DNA of 64,000 nucleotides from Blepharisma stoltei ATCC 30299 (lineage: Eukaryota > Protista > Ciliophora), in NCBI GenBank assembly GCA_965603825.1, contig CBFDEM010000062.1, forward strand, positions 620,001 through 684,000, given 5' to 3'. This document shows, one piece after another, positions 57,829 through 64,000 of this stretch; the first letter of the stretch is position 1, and each line of letters begins with the position of its first letter. Made by a program: the position numbers and the translations under genes. The notes beneath the pieces were generated by a model. The model did no database searches and was not told where the DNA came from. It saw nothing but the letters and a program-made list of their open reading frames with translations.

Positions 57829-58512
57829 TTATGCGTAAAGTGGATTAAGTGAGTAGGTTTTATAGCTGTCGTAGCCCCATTCACTCTGCAGGACATAAGG
57901 ATCTTCGAAAGTAATCCCTTCTCTTGTAACTTTGGCAAATTGGATCCTGTTGCTTGCTCTTGCGTCTCTGTACCAAAGAGTTCTCATGCAGCCTTCTACT
58001 AATTGTTTGGCTTCAGACTCGGTGAGATCAGGTCTCCAGTCATTTCCCAAAAGAGGCTTACAAAGATGTGCTGCAAATCCAGTGGTAACGTAATCAGCTA
58101 GTACATGGGTGCCGTATAAATCTAAATAAGCTAAGTATTGTTGACCATTGATAATTCCTGCTATGGCTACTGAGTTGTAGAGAGGGTTTCCTTTATTTCG
58201 CTTCCCATAGAGAATGGAACTAAGATAAGACGCATAGTGAGCTGCGCTGAGACTGATGTTGTCGTGCTGGATGAAGTCTTCTTGTTCCTTTTCTCTGAGC
58301 AGCCTTATGATTTCTTGAAAATCGGAGTATTCGCCGCTTGCACCAATCAAAGTGGAATTTCCAATCGCGGCCATCCTTGGAATATTCTTGTAACGAGCCA
58401 TAGAGCCAAAAGAAGCAAGTGTATCAGTGCACATCAGGATCCCATCGGCGTATTTGATAGCAATAACACTTGCACCGACTATAATTGGGTCAACAGTATG
58501 GTTTAGAGCCAT
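57829..58512 (-). CDS. PSMB4: 20S proteasome subunit beta-7 (PSMB4/Pre4)
   Basis: PIIVGASVIAIKY.DG..DTLASFGSMAR, GASGEYSDFQ and LWYRDARAS. Confidence 0.95.
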   Translation of the reverse strand: MALNHTVDPIIVGASVIAIKYADGILMCTDTLASFGSMARYKNIPRMAAIGNSTLIGASGEYSDFQEIIRLLREKEQEDFIQHDNISLSAAHYASYLSSILYGKRNKGNPLYNSVAIAGIINGQQYLAYLDLYGTHVLADYVTTGFAAHLCKPLLGNDWRPDLTESEAKQLVEGCMRTLWYRDARASNRIQFAKVTREGITFEDPYVLQSEWGYDSYKTYSLNPLYA

Positions 58513-58692
58513 TTTATTACAATTCCGTGATTAAGATCATAGCAATAGTTTCTATTAGAAGTTATTAATCCACTATTAAATATTCTCTTATTCTCATGAT
58601 TGAGCTCTATTTTTGGCTTTAATTTTTATGCATGAGTCCTCTAAATTGCATATAATTGTAATAACCTAACTTTATATTGATTTAAATGCAAT

Positions 58693-59088
58693 ATGTTAAA
58701 TATGTATAGAAGTTTTTCTCATACTATAACGTTACGCAGAAGTCGACAGGAAATAATTGCTGATGCTGAAACTCCTCATTTTAAGAAAAAGATCAAAATA
58801 CCTCGGCCAAGCAGCAAGGAGAGATCTAGACGCCAGATTGTGAGTTTTTGTAAAGAATATGAAAAAACGTTTAGAGAACCGATTCAAGTGCAGTTTGGAG
58901 GGAAAAAAAGCTTGCCAGAATCTTATAGTGTTTATAATGTGCCATTAGTAATTGAATCTTACTATGATCAAAATGAAATTCCTCATCGCAGCTCTAGAAT
59001 GAAGCTTGAAGAACTGCAAAAAAATTCTTTTATAAATGCAAAAGTTGAAGCCCCACAGTGGAGAAAACTAGACCAAACTCAAGCATAA
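58693..59088 (+). CDS. Hypothetical basic protein
   Basis: 131-aa ORF with coding-like composition between AT-rich spacers. Confidence 0.6.
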   Translation: MLNMYRSFSHTITLRRSRQEIIADAETPHFKKKIKIPRPSSKERSRRQIVSFCKEYEKTFREPIQVQFGGKKSLPESYSVYNVPLVIESYYDQNEIPHRSSRMKLEELQKNSFINAKVEAPQWRKLDQTQA

Positions 59089-59371
59089 GTTAATTCAAAT
59101 CTTTTTCATCTGAAAATATCTTTTTTGATTAACTGAAATCCAAAAATTAAATCACAAATTCTATTTCTTTATTTTAGTCGCTTTCTCTATCATAATTTAA
59201 CTATATAAATCAAAATCCTAATAGAAAAAGCCCACTCATTTTATTTAAAGTTTTTTGGGGGTAATTTATTAATAATTTCTAATGATGAAATCCTATAATG
59301 ATCTCTGATTGAAAATACACTTGACCTGATTATCAATAAAATTTCATTTAATTGTATAAAAATTATTAGAA

Positions 59372-62300
59372 ATGTACACTGTAGCAAAGCAGCAAGTCCA
59401 GCTATCTATTGATCCAGAAGCAAAGCATGCAAAAGGCCTGACCCGTATATTTTACACGCTTAATTCTTCCATAAACTCTCAGCCTCAAGCAATAAAATTC
59501 TCAATTTTCGCTAAAGAGCTCCAAGTGAGCAAAATTTGGACAAAAAACAAAACACAAATTCCTTTCCTCTACCCAAATGCGGTCAGCCAGGCTAACATGC
59601 TAGGCGAAGCCTTAGAAAATACCAGAGATTTCAAAGACCTTACAGAAATGCTTTATGTTGCCTGGGATTACGAAAACGAGCTAGGAGGACTTCTGAATTT
59701 CGTGTTGCCAGAAGACGTTGTCCGTGGGAAAAGTGAAATAGCTGTATATATAGAGTACACAATTTCTAGCCCTGCTGGAGGTCTCCGCTTTTATTTCTCA
59801 GAAGGAAAATCCATCATGCTAACCGACTCTTTGCATGAAGCCAAAAGATATTGGATGCCTTGCTATGACACAATCCAAAGCAAATATGATGTAGAGCTAG
59901 AGCTGCAGGTCCCCAAAGGATACTATGCTATTTCTTCAGGAGACTTAACAGGGCTAATAGAAGAAGGAAATAATCATTCTTTTCAGTACAAAATCAGCAC
60001 GTTTGTTGATGCCATTGGGTTCTGTGTAGCCCCTTTTAATATTTTTATACAAGACACCACCCATTCTAGCATAGCTCACTACAGCTTTGAAGAACCTAAC
60101 CAGCAGAATCGCCAAAAAGATTTGAGGTATACCATAAACAACCCTTATTTCTCATATGGGAACATAATTACTTATCTTACAGAAATGATTGGAAGCCAGC
60201 TGCCTTATAAGTCGCACAAGGTCATTTTTTTGCCAGACTTAGGGGAGTCTTTATGTTTTGCAGGGCTTAACATTATTGATGTGAAATACCTTATCAATGA
60301 AACTATGCATGAAGGGATTAATGCAGCTGCAAAAGAACTTATAAGGACTTGTTGTTTTAACTGAATGGGCGCCACATTTCGAATGATGACTTGGGCTGAC
60401 TACTGAATGATTATTGGGCTAAAAGATTATTTAGCTAGAAGCTATATTGGCGACCGACAAGATGGGAACTGGTTGAAATTTGATATCATGAAAAAGGTTA
60501 AGCGGTATTGCTCATATGTGGAAAAAGGCTTAGAAGTCAGGCCGCTTTGCTCTTTATACTTCTCTCATCCTAATGAGTTGAAAACAGACCGCGTTTACAA
60601 GCTAAAAGCAGGGCTGATTTTCCACATGATAGAAAGCAAAGTAGGGAAAGTTCACATAAAAAATGTAATCCAGACACATTTGAATACACGATGTGCTACA
60701 CATGAGCTGATTAAAACCCTAAAAAAGCACTGCAAAGTCAGCTTTAAAGAGTTTGCCAAAACTTGGATATATGGGACTGGAGCACCACTTCTTCAATGTA
60801 AATTTACACACAATAAGAAAAATAATGCACTTGATCTGGAAATCCAACAGACACCACTAATGAACACTTATTTAGAGTCTTTGGCAAATAAGCAGTATGA
60901 AAGCTTAGGAAACTCAAACTATGAAGTCCCTGTGAGGCTAAATTCAATGAGGTTTTACAATGGACCATTAATTATAACGATTTATGAAACTGATGGATAC
61001 GATATAGACAGCTTCCAAAGAGAAATTAATGTAGAAGGAGAACACTTTTATACACAAATTCCTTGTAAAAAAAGGATAAAACGGCCAACCAATACAAAGA
61101 GAAGAGAGGAAACTGAAGAAGAAAAACTTTATAGGATGATGGAATGCCCTGTATTGTGGGTCAGGGTGGATCCAGATTTTCAGATTTTAAGAAAAGTTGA
61201 TATTACACAGAGTGATTTTATGTGGATTGAACAGATGAAAAAGGAGAGAGACGATGTGTTGGCTCAATATGATGCAATTAAAGCTGCGAAAAAAATTACG
61301 TCAGATTATGCGAATGTTTTGAATTTGCTAAATGAAATATTGGAAAATAAAAATTATTATTATAGAGTTAGAACAAGAGCAGCCAAAACGTTAGCTGCCA
61401 TTAGTTACCCCATAAATGCTTATAAAGGGCTAGATTATTTGATTTACTATTTCAAGAAAAACCATTATGAGCATGATTTACTTAAGCCCAACAATTTCAC
61501 TTCTGCAGAGGAATACTTTGTTGACAAAGCAGTTCTGCAGAGTATAATAAAAGTAAATGATATGTCTTTAACTCACAACTATACAAGAATTAAAGTCAAC
61601 TCTAGCTTTGTAGTTGAATTTTTAGCAGAAGTTTTACGAAATAACGACAATTCAACTAATTTTTACGACGACTCACATTGGAAAGCAAATATTTTGCACG
61701 TGATTGCATCAACAACAAACCCTATCTACGTCGACCAAATATTAGAAGAAATTACATGGAACTGCAAGCTAGATCTAGCGCTTCCTTCAAAGCAATATAT
61801 CATTACCACGCAATGTTTAAAAGGATTGCTGAAACTAAATACTCATCATAAAGTATTACTTGACCTAATTTGCCAGTTTTTCTTAGAAAAATTAGACTTC
61901 TACCCTCCAGAAATCCAATCAAAAATCCTCAACTTTTTAATTTCTTACTCTATCAAGCAGCGGGCTTCAGCTAAGCTGATGTTCCAACTTATCCTCAAAA
62001 GAATAAAATCGCACCATGAGCATATCGTCCACTATCTTGGCTCTCTATGATTCATATTAGAAAGCATCAGTTCCTCTACCGCCAACGACTCAATTTTAAC
62101 AGAAATCAGGACCTCTGAAGAAATTCGAACAGTATTATGGGACGTTTGCACTTCTCCTCTTTCCTCTGCAGACCATCGGCTTATGTTTGCTTTCTGAAGC
62201 ATTTATCGCTATTATTTTCCAAGGTCCTGGAAAAATGAAGTCCTTGACCCAGCTTGGCGAGAAAAGCAAGACGCAGACAAAAACAATCAGCAAAGACTAG

Positions 62301-62710
62301 AAGCCATCGACATTTCTAAAGGCACCTGGGAAGACTGGGCACAAGAGATCTTAAATCGTCTGGTAAGGCATGACTATTCAACCCCCTTTTTAGAGCCAGT
62401 TGACTACGTGACAGAAGGCTTATATGATTATCCTGAAATCGTGACCCATCCTATGGATTTTTCCACAATCCAGACTAAACTAAAAAGCCACGAATATTCC
62501 AATTTTTATAACTTTTCTGGAGATGTCAGACTTGTCTTTGATAATTGCAGGAGTTATAACGCTGAAGGCTGCGAGCTCTACCGCTATGCAGAAACTCTAG
62601 ATGAGTGTTTTAGAGTACTATCAAGACCAATAGAAGAGCATTTAGGAAAAGGCCAGCCAGAAGTGAGGTTGAAATTAAGAATATTTGGAAGAGACGTTAA
62701 AGTTGAATAA
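59372..62710 (+). CDS. TAF2: TFIID subunit TAF2 (M1 aminopeptidase-like fold) with C-terminal bromodomain (1112 aa)
   Basis: RYWMPCYD, N-W-MG..WADY-W-M, WIYGTG.P, LWVRVDPD, ERDDVLAQ, YYRVR and KPNNF. Bromodomain PFLEPVD..DYPEIVTHPMDFSTI..LVFDNCRSYN. Four TGA: 60362, 60404, 62048 and 62195. Confidence 0.88.
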
Positions 62711-63616
62711 CTAAAATTTAAGATATTTGTCTTCAGCTCTCTTAAGTTCGTCCATATTTTGGAGTCTGAAAATTTCTTTGACACTTACGCAGTCTTTTTC
62801 TACAGGGACAAGCGACTGGTTTTCGTAGATAAGCTTGGTGGTTTGTTGCATGGTTTTTACTGCGCTTCTGATGTTGTGGTTGGCCCAGATGATCATGTTG
62901 ACTCCCCATTCTCTGAAGCTGTCTGTAGGTGTTGTGTAGTATTTTGTTGGTACAATGAGAACTGGATGTCTACGATTCCACTCTCTCATGAAAGCTTGAA
63001 TTTCTGTAGGCTCTGCAAGCTTGCTATGCATAAGAATTGCATCAGCACCAGCTTGTCTGTAAGCTTCAGCTCTTCTTACAGCTTCTTCTAGACCCCAGCC
63101 TGCAATAAAAGCTTCAACTCTTGCTACAACTACGAAATCCTTATCACTTGCTTGTTCTTTGCAAGCCTCAATTTTCCTACTGAATTCATTAATATCAGCA
63201 AGTTGTTGTTTAGCACCGTCTAATAATGAATTTGTCTTAGGGAAGAGCTTATCTTCAAGGCAGACGCCTGCAATTCCACGCTGCTCGAGCTTTTTGACGA
63301 GTCTTCTGGCGTTGTTGAAGTTGCCATATCCAGTATCTCCGTCAAGCAAAATTGGGATTGAAGTTCTGTCTGACATGAATTCGAGGACATCAAGGACTTG
63401 AGTCCAGGAAGCTTCATTACAGTCACGAACACCCAATTGAGCAGAAATTGAAAGGCCACTACCCCAGATTCCTTTGAAGCCAGCTTCTTCAACAATAACT
63501 GCTGACATTCCATTGTGGGCTTCCATGATAAATTGGAGCTCATTACTGTGGAGCATCTCTTTAAGCTGAGTGGTCTTTCTCTTAGTGGTGAAACTACGGG
63601 CTAATCTGCCTAGCAT
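62711..63616 (-). CDS. pepM: Phosphoenolpyruvate mutase (C-P bond forming) with mitochondrial-type presequence
   Basis: Diagnostic EDKxxxxxNS motif ([10 protein letters not shown]), [17 protein letters not shown] and VPTKYY. Confidence 0.96.
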   Translation of the reverse strand: MLGRLARSFTTKRKTTQLKEMLHSNELQFIMEAHNGMSAVIVEEAGFKGIWGSGLSISAQLGVRDCNEASWTQVLDVLEFMSDRTSIPILLDGDTGYGNFNNARRLVKKLEQRGIAGVCLEDKLFPKTNSLLDGAKQQLADINEFSRKIEACKEQASDKDFVVVARVEAFIAGWGLEEAVRRAEAYRQAGADAILMHSKLAEPTEIQAFMREWNRRHPVLIVPTKYYTTPTDSFREWGVNMIIWANHNIRSAVKTMQQTTKLIYENQSLVPVEKDCVSVKEIFRLQNMDELKRAEDKYLKF

Positions 63617-64000
63617 TTATAATCCACATATTTTAAAAGGAAAATATGTGGAAGTGATGACATCAAGGGAAGTATTATCATATAAAATATTTAGAGTTAG
63701 TTTTTCAATGATATTGAGAAGATATGTATAAGTTGTATTAAGAAAATAGAGCAGATAAGTAAGCATTTTGTGATTTAATCACTTATAGCTTTCTTGAAAC
63801 TACATTGAAAATTCAATGCTCTTCAAACAAATACTTATAGGAGCTTTGATTATAATAATGAGAAATAATAAATTATTTAAACTTAATTTGCTATCATAAA
63901 CTATGTTAATTTTGTGCCTTATTATTCCAATATTTTTTGATAGACTTTTTAATAAAATTGAATTATTAATTAAATTATATAGTTGAGAGATAAAATTTAT

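Noticed and set aside
229-62710. Many apparently broken genes (pseudogenes with premature stops)
   Set aside because: Breaks are in-frame TGA at Trp positions or 15/16-nt GT-AG introns; no unexplained frameshifts remain
953-62710. Other in-frame TGAs as selenocysteine
   Set aside because: Where conservation can be judged they align with Trp, not catalytic Cys. I noticed no SECIS-like hairpin behind those genes, though no formal scan was run.
2362-63543. Antisense and nested ORFs in the track (e.g. 11302..11769, 46153..46569, 57394..57822, 62759..63091)
   Set aside because: They are shadow frames opposite or inside well-supported genes and have no recognisable motifs
12775-63616. Bacterial contamination or an operon explaining pepM, phnW and phoD
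   Set aside because: The genes are dispersed, carry eukaryotic targeting peptides, and sit among intron-containing eukaryotic genes of similar composition
1-64000. Telomeric repeats, IES/transposon remnants, tRNA/rRNA, CRISPR
   Set aside because: I saw no tandem telomere motif, transposase ORF, terminal inverted repeats, cloverleaf or repeat-spacer array by eye

Overview
Gene-dense, AT-rich eukaryotic DNA, most likely the macronuclear genome of a heterotrich ciliate of the Blepharisma type. Three signs point there: TGA is read as Trp (about 50 in-frame TGAs by my hand count, many at invariant Trp positions), every gene ends in TAA or TAG, and spliceosomal introns are 15-16 nt. The supplied standard-code ORF track therefore fragments many genes; I rebuilt about 44 CDSs. 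The standout is a glutathione peroxidase whose catalytic residue is a TGA, with a well-formed SECIS hairpin right after its stop. UGA therefore appears to mean Trp generally but selenocysteine in this mRNA. Other notable genes: a TSET/TPLATE-coat TWD40-2-like subunit; a plant TDM1/MS5/SDI1-like TPR fused to an RRM; a receptor with two Venus-flytrap domains and about 9 TM helices; PEP mutase and AEP transaminase (phosphonate pathway), both with mitochondrial-type presequences; and a TAF2-bromodomain fusion. I saw no tRNA, rRNA, transposon, CRISPR array or telomere. All homology calls come from motif recognition and recall, not database searches.
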